Notes under the pieces: generated by a model
The model's input: the letters and a program-made list of their open reading frames with translations, nothing else
What the model was told of the DNA's origin: nothing
The model's database searches: none
Part shown: in pieces, positions 35,503-49,389 of the stretch
Position numbering within the stretch: position 1 is the stretch's first letter
Layout of the letters: every line of letters begins with the position of its first letter
Program-made: the position numbers and the translations under genes
Source of the DNA: Eledone cirrhosa
Lineage: Eukaryota
Direction of reading: 5' to 3'
Length of the DNA stretch: 64,000 nt
NCBI GenBank assembly: GCA_964016885.1
Contig: OZ024740.1
Location: forward strand, 59,458,001-59,522,000

Positions 35503-36679
35503 TTAAAGATAACATCTTGATAGTGCCATGGGCTTTATATATAGTTATAATCTTTGCATGAAAGTAGGAAGGTAAATGACAAAATACATGAAGCAGAAGA
35601 TAGTAAATAAGAGAGGAAAGTTTGAGAATCACTGACTTAAATTTAAATGATTGTTTGTTGGTTGAAAACATAATTGTTATTGTTTAACCACAAATCAGCT
35701 CTAAATGAAAATACTTTTGATTGAAGCCTACCTGCTATGACCATTTGTCATTTTTGTATATCATGGACTACATTATAAACCTTTATAGACACTGTGTGTG
35801 GCAAATCTCCCCCTTTAAATTACAAGTACAGTTCATCTGATGGGCTTCCAAGCAGTTTTCTTCTACCCAATTTCATTGATAAGGCTTAGGTCAACATAAG
35901 TCTACGATAAATTAAACTTGTCCAATATGACATGCATTGCTATTGATGACAATCATCGTTATTGATCCCAGGACCTTACGATTGTGAAATAAATTTCTTA
36001 ATCATTTGACCATGCTGCATCCACAAAGACAGACACACATGTCTATATAGACACAGACACATACCTATATACAGTGACACAAGACACATACAGAGAAAAA
36101 TATGCAGAGAAAGGCCAAACTCATTATATATGTGTTGCTTGTCTTTGCTTGTCTTTGCTTGTCTTTGCTATGCCATAAGTAAGTACATATATATTTGATT
36201 TATTTAGTTTTTCTTCACAGAATTTGAGTGTTACATACAAAATGACAAAACTTTTTTTTGTTTGAGTGAAAACAACTCTTGAGATTTGGTATGAGTTAGT
36301 ATGTGAACATTTTGGGGCAGCTGATGATGATATAGGTGGTATTAATGGTGGTGATTTCAAAATATCACTGGAATTTCTCTTAGTAGACAGCTGACCCCAC
36401 TTTCCTGTCTTGTTATGTCAAATGTAGTGGTAGTTCATGTGTTATTTATCAGTTTGATTTTGCTGCTTGATTATTGCTAAAATCTTTTAAAAATGTGCTT
36501 CATTGCATTTATCCAATAAGGATAACCATATTTATGTTTCACCTGGCTAGTATTGATGGCAAAAATTGTAGGGGACAGTATTCATTATATAAAAGAATGG
36601 ATACGCTAACTTGATTGCATTCTGTGTATATGTGTTTGTATATATATTTATATATATATAATTATGATACCTTAACTTA

Positions 36680-36752
<73 letters not shown>

Positions 36753-36844
36753 CAAGGCATGTTCACTTGACATGGCATTGTTCACAACAGGATAACTCGT
36801 CTAACCCATGCCAGCATGGAAACATGGATGTTAAACAGTGATGA

Positions 36845-36883
<39 letters not shown>

Positions 36884-37048
36884 TATATAAATATATATAA
36901 CGAAGGAAATGTGGTAAGGAACCAGGTGGACCATAACGCACCAAAGTACTCAATACTTGAGGTAGTAGAGTGGATAATAGGAACCAGTAAGACCCCGACA
37001 GCTGAGCTCAAGCCGTTTCGACGGCTAATTCTGTATATATATATATAT

Positions 37049-37645
37049 AAACGGAAAAAATGAAACGATATTTCATTTCCCACTCTTAGTACGGCTGTTA
37101 CTTAAATATAAGTATGTACACGTACATACATATATGTATACCGACGTACAGTAGTATGTATATATATATATATACATACATGCACACATATATATATGCA
37201 CGTATGGATTCACCGAACATTTATTATAATGCTCGGTGTGTTTGTAAACAAACATCCCGTATTAAGCCGTAGTGTCTAGCAAACACCGTTGCTCATTTGT
37301 TCAACACTGACAAAGGAACGCTGTACTAGTTTCAAGCTTGTTAGCTATCGTCAGCAACGTATACCTTCCTGCCAGATTGTTGAACGTATATACCTACCTT
37401 ATGCATATTAACGGCTGAGTAGCCCAATTTGCATATCGAGTGGGTTAATCGGTCGGGTGCACCGAAAACGATAAACGGAAAAAATGAAACGACATTTCAT
37501 TTCCCACTCTTAGTACGGCTGTTACTTAAATATAAGTATGTACACGTACATACATATATGTATACCGACGTACAGTAGTATGTATATATATATATATACA
37601 TACATGCACACATATATATATGCACGTATGGATTCACCGAACATT

Positions 37646-37650
<5 letters not shown>
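37049..37650 (-). mobile_element. Partial-tandem 424-bp unit with hammerhead (non-LTR retrozyme or solo PLE pseudo-LTR)
   Basis: ~180-bp direct repeats at 37049-37228 and 37473-37650; hammerhead in the unique part; flanked by (TA)n. Confidence 0.75.
37318..37360 (-). ncRNA. Minimal type I hammerhead ribozyme
   Basis: Minus strand reads ACGTTG CTGACGA T AGCT-AACA-AGCT T GAA ACTAGT A CAGCGT: 6-bp stem I, palindromic stem III, GUA cleavage triplet. Confidence 0.85.
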
Positions 37651-37696
<46 letters not shown>

Positions 37697-37782
37697 AAAG
37701 TTATATTTAAAATTGTTGGGTTACAACAAGTAAATATTTTATAACTGATATAAAAGCATTCAACAGTTTCTGGAGTAGGTTT

Positions 37783-38228
37783 ACGATATTAAACAAATGG
37801 AAACTATATTTATAAAACCATATTTATTTCGTTATATATATTTCTGGGATATCATATTAAAAATATTAAAAATATTAAAAATATTAAAAATATGGTATGC
37901 CTTCCTCAGACAAAATACAATACACAAGCTGTTTTATAAATAATTTTGACATACCTTATAATAATGCAACTTCCATTTAAAAAGTTGATTTGGTAGTGAA
38001 ACTGTTATGACAGTTATATAGAAAGAAAAACGAAGATGAAAAGAAGATGAAGAGATGTATGTAAATAAAAAAAGAAGATTATAAGGTATGTCAAAATTAT
38101 TTATAAAACAGCTTGTGTATTGTATTTTGTCTGAGGAAGGCATACCATATTTTTAATATGATATCCCAGAAATATATATAACGAAATAAATATGGTTTTA
38201 TAAATATAGTTTCCATTTGTTTAATATC

Positions 38229-38230
<2 letters not shown>
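37783..38230. mobile_element. Inverted pseudo-LTR pair (~150-180 bp arms), each arm carrying a hammerhead
   Basis: 37783-37962 is the reverse complement of 38078-38230, apart from an (AATATTAAA)n expansion. Confidence 0.75.
38123..38188 (+). ncRNA. Type I hammerhead ribozyme (mirror copy at 37825-37917, minus strand)
   Basis: TATTTTGT CTGAGGA A [GGCATACCATATT-TTT-AATATGATATCCC] A GAA ATATATAT A ACGAAATA. Confidence 0.65.
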
Positions 38231-38299
<69 letters not shown>

Positions 38300-38477
38300 T
38301 ATATATATATATATATATATAAACTAGAAATCATGTCACTAGAAATTTGCTCAGACAACATAAATTTCTTTAATATAGAATGACATTTTAAAGACAAACC
38401 TAACAATTTAGATTCTTTGATTTGAGACTTATGACAAAACAACTGAAATACAAGATGTCAATGTTCTTTTCTTAATA

Positions 38478-39797
38478 ATTGTTTCTACTTTTGGCACAAG
38501 GCCAGCAATTACCCAGTACATTACTTGTACTTTATTTTATCGACCCCGTAAGGATGAAAGGCAAAGTTGACCTCGGCGGGATTTGAACTCAGAATAGAAA
38601 GGGCCGTAACTCTATGCGTCAAAGCATGACGTCCGACCCTCTACCGATACTGCCAATCCACCGTTCTTTTCTTAATAATGATCTCTAATTTAGGCACAAG
38701 GCCAGCAATTTGTGGAAAGAGGAAAGTTGATGATATCGACCCCAGTGCTTTATTTTATATTACTGTATTATAGTGCAGAAAAAGCTTGTTTACTTGAGTC
38801 TTTGATTGCAATATTTACAGACATGGCTATGTGATTAAGTAGTTTGTTTATTAGCCACACAGTCATGTCAATATTAAAATACATAGTTTCAGATTTGATT
38901 TCACTGTGTGGCACCATGAACAAGTGTATTTTACCATATCCTCAGTAGAATTTGATATGTAGAAAATGGGTTGAAGCTTGTGGGGACTGTTCCTATTGTT
39001 GGGTGATAGGTTTAGCCCATCACTCAGTTTAACCCCCACATATGACCCTTGTGTGTTTTAAAAAGAGTTCTCTCTGTTGCAAGTATTGAAGACAGGTTTC
39101 CAGGCTGAGATTAACCAGTTTCAGAGCCTGAAAGTGTCATACGTGCTGCCATTTCCACATTTGAATAATAATAATTGTTTCTACTTTAGCACGGCCAGCA
39201 ATTTGAAGGGGAGGGGAAAGTCGATTAAATCGACCCCAGTACTCACTGGTGCTTTATTTTATCGACCCCATATGGATGAAAGGCAAAGCTAAGCTCAATA
39301 ATAATAATAATAATAATGGTTTCTGATTTAGGCACAAGCCCAACAATTTTAGAGGATGGGAAAGTCAATTAAATTAACCCCAGTGTGTTACTCGTACTTT
39401 ATTTTATCAACTCTGTAAGGATGAAAGGCAAAGTTAACCTTCGTGGGATTGAAAATCAGAACGTAAAGTAACATAGCTATTGTTCAAATCCTGCCGAGGT
39501 TAACTTTGCCTTCCATCCTTACGGGGGTCGATAAAATAAAGTACCAGTAATACACTAGGATAATTGCTGGCCTTGTGCCAAAAGTAGAAACAATTGTTTA
39601 ACATGATCAAAGGGTGATCGATTGGCACTATCGGTAGAGGGTCAGACGCTATGCTTTGCAGCACAGAGTTACGCTCCTTTCTGATCTGAGTTCAAATCCT
39701 GCTGAGGTTAATTTTGCCTTTCATCCTTATGGGCTCGATAAAATAAAGTACCACTGGGATAATTACTGGCCTTGTGCCAAACGTAGAAACAATTATT
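38478..39797. mobile_element. Cluster of Deu/Nin-like-domain SINE copies and fragments, both orientations
   Basis: Recurrent GAGGTTAACTTTGCCTTTCATCCTTACGGGGTCGATAAAATAAAGTACCAG..GCTGGCCTTGTGCCAAAAGTAGAAACAATT. Confidence 0.85.
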
Positions 39798-40208
39798 TAA
39801 CATCATCATCATTTAATGGCAGTTTTCCCTGCCTTTAAATACTCTTATGAATAGTGGTGTATAATAATATGCGCTGTTGTCGTGTATATTAGAAATTATG
39901 GTAAATCAGAATAATTTGTCTACTTTAATTCACACAAAACTTCCATTTCATCATTATAAAGTAATTGAAAACTCAGTAGATACTTTATAACACCCATCTT
40001 TAGTTCTAGCTGCTCTCCTCTTTCTCCAGCTCACACCCCAGATCTTTGATCACATCACAACGCCTATATAGCAATCCCTACACACCACTGTACATCCATA
40101 TTCACTTTCATTCCTTTATCATCTACTAGCTTCCAACTAAAAGCAACACCTCCACCCCCCCCCCCCCCCGCTCCTCTCTCCCTCTCCTTCTCTCTCTCAC
40201 TATCTCCA

Positions 40209-40262
<54 letters not shown>

Positions 40263-40547
40263 ATGAAAAGCAATAGATGAAAATGTTAAATTTTACACCC
40301 ATCATGGCAGTTGAACTTAAACTTTTCTAGGAATTCTCTCGTGGAATGATTGTTATTGATGCAGAGACTATCACCAGTTTTTCTCCCTTCTAGATTCTAC
40401 CCAGAAAGTAAATGGATTTATTAACAGACTTCCTTCATTAATGTATTTTCCATTCTCTTTAAATGTGAAATTTTACATTGACCAGATCAGTTTCTCTAGT
40501 CTCAATTTATCTCTTGTTTATTCTTCTTTCTTCTTGCTCAATGGGAC

Positions 40548-41935
40548 TGAACTCATCCTAGGTCTGTGATCCCAGAGGCTTCATCATATGTAGAGCCAAC
40601 CAGGTCCACCAGTGCCCTCCTTTGCTGGTGGTCCTGTGCCAGCCCCTCTGCACCCTCAAAGGTAACATTGAGCCGCAGATCTTCCTTAATCACATACAGC
40701 TATCTGGTGTGGGGCCAGCCTGGAGATGCTGCATCAAATGAGAGTTAGCCCTGGTAGGATGATCTGGTGGGAGGCAGAGGACATGCCCATAGCAGTGCAT
40801 GCAGTTGATAGTTATGAGTTGGGAGGCTGCAGGCTGATGTGTGTGTGCATGCAGCTCTATGCTGGAAACGTGGTGGTACCATCTGATGTTCTTGATGGCC
40901 TCAGGGCTCTGCTATCAAAGCCATCAATCCTCTTTGTGGGGGTTTTCATTGGTGGCTGCATTTCTGATCCATAGAGGAGACCATGGAGACCAACAGGAGA
41001 TAGAGCAATGGCACCAAAGGGGCTTCCATAGGGAGTGCATGACCCCAGTGACCAGACCACATCTCTGATATGCATCAGCTTAGTCTTCATCCACCGAAAG
41101 ACTAAGCTTTACTGATTCCTCCTGGTATATGGTCAGTGTATCTCTGCACTGATTGATTGAGTTGTTGAATAAGGAGGTGTTGTCCATGTACTCCAAGTCG
41201 GTAAGATGGTAGTTCCTGAAGGTAATGCCAGAAACTCACTCACAGACCTTGGTCATCAGATTGTCAATGACACAGTTGAAGAGGTCAGTGGCAGCCACGC
41301 AGCCCTGTCTGACCCTGCTGTTGATGGGGAATCAATCAAATCCCCCTCCCATTCACCCACGTGCAGCTCATGGCACTACTATAGAGCTGTTGGAACAGGG
41401 GGTGATATTGGGAGGCACACCAATGAGCTTGAGAATTTTCCAGAAGGATGCATGGTCCACTATGTTGCAAGCTGCCTTGATGTCAATGAAGGAAATGAAG
41501 GTGATGCAGAGGTGTTGACCTCTGTGGAACTCTCGAGACCTTCCAATAATAAGACAAAGGGTAGAAATGTGGTCAGCAGTAGATCAATTTTTCATGAATC
41601 TAGCTTGTTGTGGGTGACATCTGCTTCTAATGCACTATCACCGTGGAAATGTTGAAGGTGCGCAGAGATAACATGATCCAGTGGCTTGCCAGCATCATCA
41701 ACCATGTATGGGTGTCAGAGCGGCTCCCAAATGACTGGATCCAGGTCATCCTTCTCCTCTTCTGGAAATGAAAAGGTGACAAATTCATTTGCAGCAACCA
41801 CAGAGGCATCACCCTCCTCTCTATCCCAAGCAAACTCTTCACCAAGATGATCCTCAACCATGCTCTTCCTGCCATTGGAAGCAGATATTGGCTACAACTA
41901 GCCAGATTCAAGCCAAATTGATCTACCAGATTTCT
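40548..41935 (-). mobile_element. Old RTE-like LINE fragment with an inverted 5' segment
   Basis: Minus strand: STADHI, FIDIKAACNIVDH, RVRQGCVAATDLFN. Plus strand 41645-41935: LPNDW, NHRGITLLSIPSKLF. Confidence 0.7.
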
Positions 41936-42024
41936 GCCTTCTTGTTTATGCAAGGAAAAATTAGTTTACTAATCAGATTTAGCATAGACAGTAATTATTA
42001 TTAATCATTGTTACTATTATTAAA

Positions 42025-43400
42025 GGAGCAACAAATTGGCAGAGAAATTAGAACGTTGGATAGAGTGCTTTGCGGTATTCGTTCCAGTTCTCTACTCTCA
42101 GAGTGCAAATCCTGCTGAGTCAACTTTGTCTTTCATCTTTTCGAGGTCAATAAAAATGACCCAGTCTAGTACTGAAGTTTATTCTTCCTCTATATCTCTT
42201 TCTCACTTCCTCTCTCTCACTTTCTATCCTTCACTAGAGGAAATCTGCTGTATTCAGACCAGGAGTGGGAGGGGCTCCGCCAGGTTTAAAATGCCCAAGA
42301 AACACCACATGCCACTGTGGCACCCCTACGACTCCATTAGAAGTTATGGAACCATATCAAACCCCACCGAGGTTAACTTTGCCTTTCATCCTTACGGGGG
42401 TCGATAAAATAAAGTACCAGTAATACACTGGGGTAATTGCTGGCCTTGTGCCAAATGTAGAAACAATTATTAATAGGGCAGTAGATTGTTAGAACGTTGG
42501 ACAAAACATTTAATGCCATTCAGTTATTGCTCTGTTTTGAGTTCAAATCCTGCTGAGATCAACTTTATCTTTCTTCCTTCATCATCACCATCATCGTTTA
42601 ACATCCATTTGCCATACTAGCTTGGATTAAAAGGGTTGTCCCATTAGAAGCGAGTTTGGTTGGGCGATCGTGTCTTGTCATATAGAACTGTTTCTGGCTA
42701 GATTTCTATGGATGTATGCCCTTCCTAACTCCAACTATATTTACAGTGTGTGTTGGGTGCTTTTTGTTGTGACATCTACATGACCACTTTATAGTTTGGG
42801 CTGGATGTTTGTGTGATACCAACATAACTTTACAGTGTAAGGGTGGTGTGGACAGAAGTGGGAGGGTTGTATAAGGACGTGGGAGTATATGGAAGAGGTT
42901 ATAGTGGTTAAGTGGTTAAGAAGTGCCTACTGGATGTATGTTTGAGTCTGTGCACAAGAGAAGGCAGATCTTCTGCATTGCTGCAGAACACCAAAGGTTT
43001 CAATCCTGTGTCATTGTCTTTGAGAGGTGCAATTGCACAATGTCAGCTATTATCACTTCTGGTGTTGATAAAATAAAGCACCTGTAAAGTACCTGGGGTC
43101 AATTTAAACAACTTTCTCCCTCTTCCCTACAAAATGATTGGCCTTGTGTCTAAATTAGAAATCATTACTATTTTAATTATTATAAGAGTGGTGGATTGGC
43201 AGTATTGGTCTGACAATATGCTTTATAGCATAGAGTTATGGCCCTTTACGATCTGAGTTCGAATCCTGCCGAGGTTAACTTTGCCCTTCATCCTTACGGG
43301 GTTGATAAAATAAAGTACCAGTAATGCACTGGGGTCAATTCAATCGGCTATCCCCTCCCCCAGAATTGCTGGCCTTGTGCCTAAAGTAGAAACAATTATT
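42025..43400. mobile_element. Cluster of Deu/Nin-like SINEs and a decayed RTE tail (~42580-43050, minus)
   Basis: Same conserved core as at 38478; (CAT)n-tailed RTE 3'UTR. Confidence 0.8.
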
Positions 43401-46400
43401 ATTAAAGAAAGAAATCTTTATTACAACTAAATACTGGGGTTAATTTAATCAACTATACCACCCAACTCTGCAAACACTTTATACCTACAACTTTATTATT
43501 GTCATCAATTTGATGATATTTTCAATAAGCAGAAACCAAATTGTTTTTTAAATACTTTAACAAGGTTTAACTTCATATTTTAAACATATTATTTTACTTT
43601 GATTACCATTAATCAGTAAAATGCAGCATATTTCTGAAATAAAGTGTATGAAAATTAACACACTTAAAAATTACTTTTAGAAGCTGTCACCAATTATATT
43701 TGATAGATATATTGCATCAGATGTGAGTGTCACATTTGTAAATAGATAGATTTTGAAATGCATGTCTTAACGCCTATCAGCAATTATGCAAACTAACCCA
43801 CTGCATAGTTAATCAGTTTATTTTCTATCACATGTAGAAGCAGAGCACATCTATTACTTAACCGATAACCATCTTTCAATTCATATGGAATTTATGCATA
43901 ATGTTTGCACATAAGCAAAATATGAAGTTCCATGTCATGTATTTATTAATTCATTTTGATTTAATATTTTAGCAGGGTCAGTGTTCGCACATAATTTATG
44001 GCATTTAATTTTGATACTCCAAGGTCCTAAGTTCAACTCTACATCAAGTTAATGTGGTCGCACATCACCACTTAATCTTCAAAATAAATTCTAATGATAT
44101 ACATCGATCTTGTGAATTTGCAGTACCACCCACTTTCAAAGTAAGATTTTGAACTAAGAGATCACACAACTGATTAAACTACAGGGCCAACCAGAAATCC
44201 AATATACTAGTGTCATAGGCAACAGAAATTAAAATTCAACATCAAACAACAAAGAAAGTAAACCAAAGGCAAGCCTAAAATTGGCAAATATTTGTATCCA
44301 ACATTAACTACAAAACAAGCAGTAAAAACTCTATACAAAATTATTAGCAACATTAACAGCTACAGCAATGTCCACACAACACAATAATGTGGCTGCTTAA
44401 CAAACTAGAAATAACACTCAACTCTCACTCAAATCAAATGCTACCAACTTGAAAAACTGGAAGACATATTGATTTAGATCATAGGTCTGTGCAATTGATA
44501 CAGACCTAGGGTTCTACAACAACAGCTTACCCTTAAATAATACACATTCCAAAAGCATGTAAACACACTTGCCAAACGCTTTTCCAAAGCTCATCAATAA
44601 AACTACACAAAGACAAAAGTACCGAACCCAAGATGTGTATTGTCTATCTAGACTATAACCTCTATCTGTTTCTTCCTGCAGATTCCAAGACAAGGTCTCT
44701 TCAATCGCATCAAGGACAAGACAACTCCTCTAGTGCTGGTGTAACAATAAAATGCACCCAGTACACTCTGAAAAGTGGTTGGCATAAGGAAGACATCCAG
44801 CTGTTGAAACCATGGCAAAACGAAACGTATCTAAATAAAACAAGGAAAATCTGACAAAAGGATGATGATGATGGTGTATTTCTATTTTGAACTACACCAT
44901 TCTGACCTTCTAATTATTTTCTCTTTCCATTGTTGGTTTTACAGCTAAATTCATAATACAATTTATTTCAACTGATTAATATATTTCTTTGTTTTATCTG
45001 CTCATTTAAAGTTTAATATTTCATCTATTTATATAGCAATGATTTATGATACATATTTGACAAATGAACCTACTCATTTAACTATCACTATCACATTTAA
45101 TTTAATAATCGTTTTGTTTTTTTTCTATTGCTTTACATCATTAACAGTGTAATGGAAAATTGATCTTACTGATGGCCTTGCTGTCACATAGAAAAAAGTT
45201 TATACAACACAACAAGTGTTTTCAGGACATTTTTTTTACAAGACCAGACATTAGCTTTGCAGAGGAGGGTGCATAATATGCAGGGTCAAATTAAGTCCTT
45301 TTGAGACCCAAAACACTTTAAAAAATCTATGGTGGTCCCCATATATAAAGTTCACAAAATATTCTTCAATGGCATCCCTCTTCCTGTGATGATGTTTTAA
45401 GCACGTGCTTACTTTGCTTAATGGTTTACCAACCCTGATGACAGGCTCTCTACACATCATGGGGTTCTTTTTGAGACAATGTTTTATGGCTGGATGCTTT
45501 TCTCAGCATCAACCCTTTTAGTTGGCTCTTATGACATACAGATATCTGGTGTATGTGTTGCAAACTGGATACACACAGCAAAGTTTATTAAAATGATAAA
45601 ATATGTGTTAATTATAAAGTGTATGGATGGCATTTACCATTGAACAAGAAGTAAGTTCTCAGTTAGCTAAAACTGCAAAGTGGTTTCAAACTCTGTTTGA
45701 AACTATTTCATGTCATATACTGCTAATGTTTTTAATGAAAGGGACATTTTGTAAACTTCTTATTTTCCTTCTGAGCTAATCTTGATTTTCGATACCATTA
45801 AATGCTGTTGTCAGTATATGAAACTTCAATTATTTATCTTGCAGTGGGTAAATATGGTCACCGAAAAAAGTGTTGTAGCTGCTGAGAATATGGGAGATAT
45901 ATCTAAGAAAAGCAATCAGCTAAACAGTTCAATCAGCACAAAGAAATTCCAAATAAAATTAGAGGAACATTGAGAACTGAGTAGCTTCATTAGGATACTA
46001 TACAGTACAATATTGCATGCTGTAAAGCATTCATATTTAAGTGAACTCCATAAATAAAGATCAGGTACACTTTAGAATATTGCAATATCTCCAACATCAA
46101 AAAAATGTTAATTCAGCATGAAGCTATGGAATTGTCAACTGTTCTTTTTCCTGAATGTTCTACACCAAATAACTGACTGAACACTCCTATATTCACAATA
46201 TTGGTTTCATTTCTGAACCTCATACTACTGACTGAACAAATTGGCATATACAAAGAGATAATTTTGGAAGATTAAATATTATCTCAAAATTGAAAAATAT
46301 AAGAAATGGGTGATGGTGGCCAAATTTCCAAACCCAAGATAGAAGATCAGTTAAACCTAGTTGAAATGATATTATTATGGCTATACCATCTGAGAGAAGA

Positions 46401-47039
46401 TAAGGATCACAAGAAAGTCTCAGAAGGATAAGAATAAGTCCCTTCATTTGATAAATAAATATAACTACCAATGATTCACTAAATATTTGATTCTAGCTGT
46501 TAGAAAGACAAAATATAGACAAAGAATCCATTAAGAACAATAAATATTGCGAGTTAGTTCAATATGGTCACAGACATGGTTGTATGGTTAAGAAATTTGT
46601 TTCACAACTACATGGTTTGGGGTTCAATCCCATAGCATGGAATCATGGGCAAATGTCTTTTACTCTAGCCTTGGATCAACAAAAGTGTTGAGAATAAAAT
46701 TTGATAGATAATAATTGTGTAGCAGTTCATCAAATGGAATATTTCTCTTCTTGGCTGCTAGACTAGGTCATTTATCATTTCTTTCCTAACTGGTGTCTGG
46801 TCAGTTGTTGAGTCTTTCATATATTAGATCTATTTATATTTCCAACTGATGAAACCCTAACATTTTACTAACTTGCCACAAGCTGATTTGAAAATAATCT
46901 TACAAACCTTCAAATATCTAATATCATTAACGTTCATAACTATATTTCTTACAGAAATATACTGCATTTGTGTTTTAATTATCATCAAAGTAATTATGAA
47001 ATAATTATGAAGGTTTAATGAAGTAACTAACTTTCAATT

Positions 47040-47150
47040 TAATAATTGTTTCTACTTTTGGCACAAAGCCAGCAACTACTCCAGTGCATTACTGGTACTT
47101 TATTTTATCGACCCCGTAAGGATGAAAGGCAAAGTTAACCTCGACGGGAT
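47040..47150 (-). mobile_element. Deu/Nin-like SINE 3' fragment
   Basis: Core motif in reverse complement. Confidence 0.8.
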
Positions 47151-47589
47151 GAATCCTATTTTGTAGTGAGTTCATGTCACTTAAACAAAACCTAAACTTA
47201 ATTTAATTAACCAAGAATACATAATGTATTTTCTTATAGAGAAAATGCAGCAAGAGAGAATTTATCCATTGGAGAATGTAATGTTATAAACAAAGCAAAA
47301 CAGAAAGTCAGATCTTTTTTTAATCACAATCCTATTATCTCGTTTTCTATGAAATTATTGCACTGATGAAATTTCACGGAGTGTGTGGCTTCTAAATTCG
47401 TTCCACTTATGTATATTTTAGGCATAACACTGCAACTAATTATTTAAGAGTTAAACTGTTTATCCTTTGAACAGTGGTTTTGTAATGATTAGACAAACAG
47501 ATACAAGTATCTGATGTTGCTCACACTCAGTTCATGGAATGTTAGGATCATGGATAGGTGACATTGTCATATGTACACCTGAAAGAAAA

Positions 47590-48170
47590 TGGAAGTTATT
47601 ACAACTACATGCTTGGAGAGCAGAGTAGTTAAAATACGTTTAGGGAATTGCTACGCCTGCTAACAAAAAAAAAAGTTTCTCCCTACGAAGAAAGATCGGC
47701 TATATGATGCCTGTGTGTGGAGTGCCATGTTGCATGGTAGTGAGATATATGCAGTGAATGCAGAGGAAATGCAAAGGCTAGAGAAGAAAATGAGGTGAGC
47801 ATGCTTCGATGGATGTGCAATGTCAATGTGTGAGAACAACAAAGCATGGATGAACTGAGAGAGAAACTGGATATAAAAGGAATTAAATGTAGTGTACAGG
47901 AGAGGGGATTACGTTGGTATGAATATATAATGTGCATGGATGATGATTGCTGGGTGAAGAAGTGCCAAGTAATCCCAGTGGAAGGAAGCCGCAGTAGATG
48001 AAAACCAAGGAAGACCTGAATGGAAGTGGTGAGTGGTAATCTTAAATCACTGAAACTCACAAAGGAGATGACAAGGGGATGCAACAAATGGTGAGATGCT
48101 GTACTCAGAAGGACCTGTCCAACACTTTCAAGCATGGAATAACGGTTGCAAAATTATGGTGATGATGATA
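47590..48170 (+). mobile_element. RTE 3' fragment, decayed
   Basis: LYDACVWSAMLHGSE, MLRWMCN and (GAT)n tail. Confidence 0.85.
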
Positions 48171-48323
48171 AGTTATTTTGCCTCTTACAATTAACCAAGT
48201 AAGGTTACATTGTTGACATAAACGGTGTTATGATGATATTTCATATTCTGTTTATTACTCAAAATATCATAGTCAAATCTTTTTATGTTAATCTCATTTT
48301 GAAATCATTATTATCCCTTTTAA

Positions 48324-48547
48324 CCCTTTAGCATTTACATTATTCTACATTTACTATTATATTTCCATGGTAAAGGCTTTACCTCATATAAACAATACCT
48401 CACATAATATTGAATCTGTGAGATTTTGATACCATTTAATTTGAGAATAAAACCTTAACATCAGTGTGTGTGGCTGGTTACAGCCAGTTTGAACAGAAAG
48501 AGGTAAAAGAATACTGGCTGGATACAGTCAGTTTAAATGCTAAAGGG
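48324..48547. mobile_element. piggyBac-type MITE, uninterrupted, 224 bp
   Basis: TTAA|CCCTTTAGCATTTA ... TAAATGCTAAAGGG|TTAA. Confidence 0.88.
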
Positions 48548-49389
48548 TTAAGTTTTAAAATTTCACATTCTGTAGTTTAATGAATATAATTTAAGACATT
48601 AATCATTTCCTTTGACTCAACAATATATTACTTGTGTCAAAGTCAAAATTGATCAAAATGTTGATCATTTACTAAACTCACAGAGCCAGAGACATACACA
48701 CAAGCAACAAACAAAAAGTATAAATTAAAAGAAAATCGTTTCATTACTGTACTTTAGAATGAAAGTGCAGAAAAACACTTGAGCTGAAGACTCAAAAGAG
48801 TAAAATGGCAGCTTATATAGGCTTAAAAACAATCCTATCAGCATACCAAGCACAAAATTATCTGCATTATGGCACTTTGTATGTTAAATACATAGAAAAA
48901 TTGATGAAAGAAATATATGAGTCTCAGATATATTAAGTTAAAAATTGTACTCTTTTAATAAATTCTGGAAAATCAACCGCAGTAGTTATAAGATTGATAG
49001 TTTTAAATAGAAATTATACAAATAAACACAATTTATAAAAAAGTTTATATAAAAATGAGGAAAACGTGGGAGAAGTGTACACTCAAACATATGCCATAAC
49101 TAGGGGTGTTTAAGCTTCCCTCTAATAATTTTTGAGGCAAACTAACATACTCACAGCACTTCATTGTGTGATAGCACAACTAAGATGCTAGAATAACCAA
49201 GTTCTCTAGCAGATACATTGGTAAAGCAAGCTGCCAACAATTAAAAAAGTTTATAAATATAGGAAACAATTCAAATATTTTCAATAAATCAGATTCATAT
49301 TATTTAATGCAGTATATGTTGATAATTTAGTGGGTTAAAATCTGTAGTCTGTTAATAAATTTTGGAAGTTCAATCATAGCAACGTCATA

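Noticed and set aside
43450-47000. Possible host exons in non-repetitive stretches (e.g. 45782-45973; also ~52300-52550)
   Set aside because: Short ORFs with no recognisable motif or convincing splice-site pair; cannot be supported without transcript data
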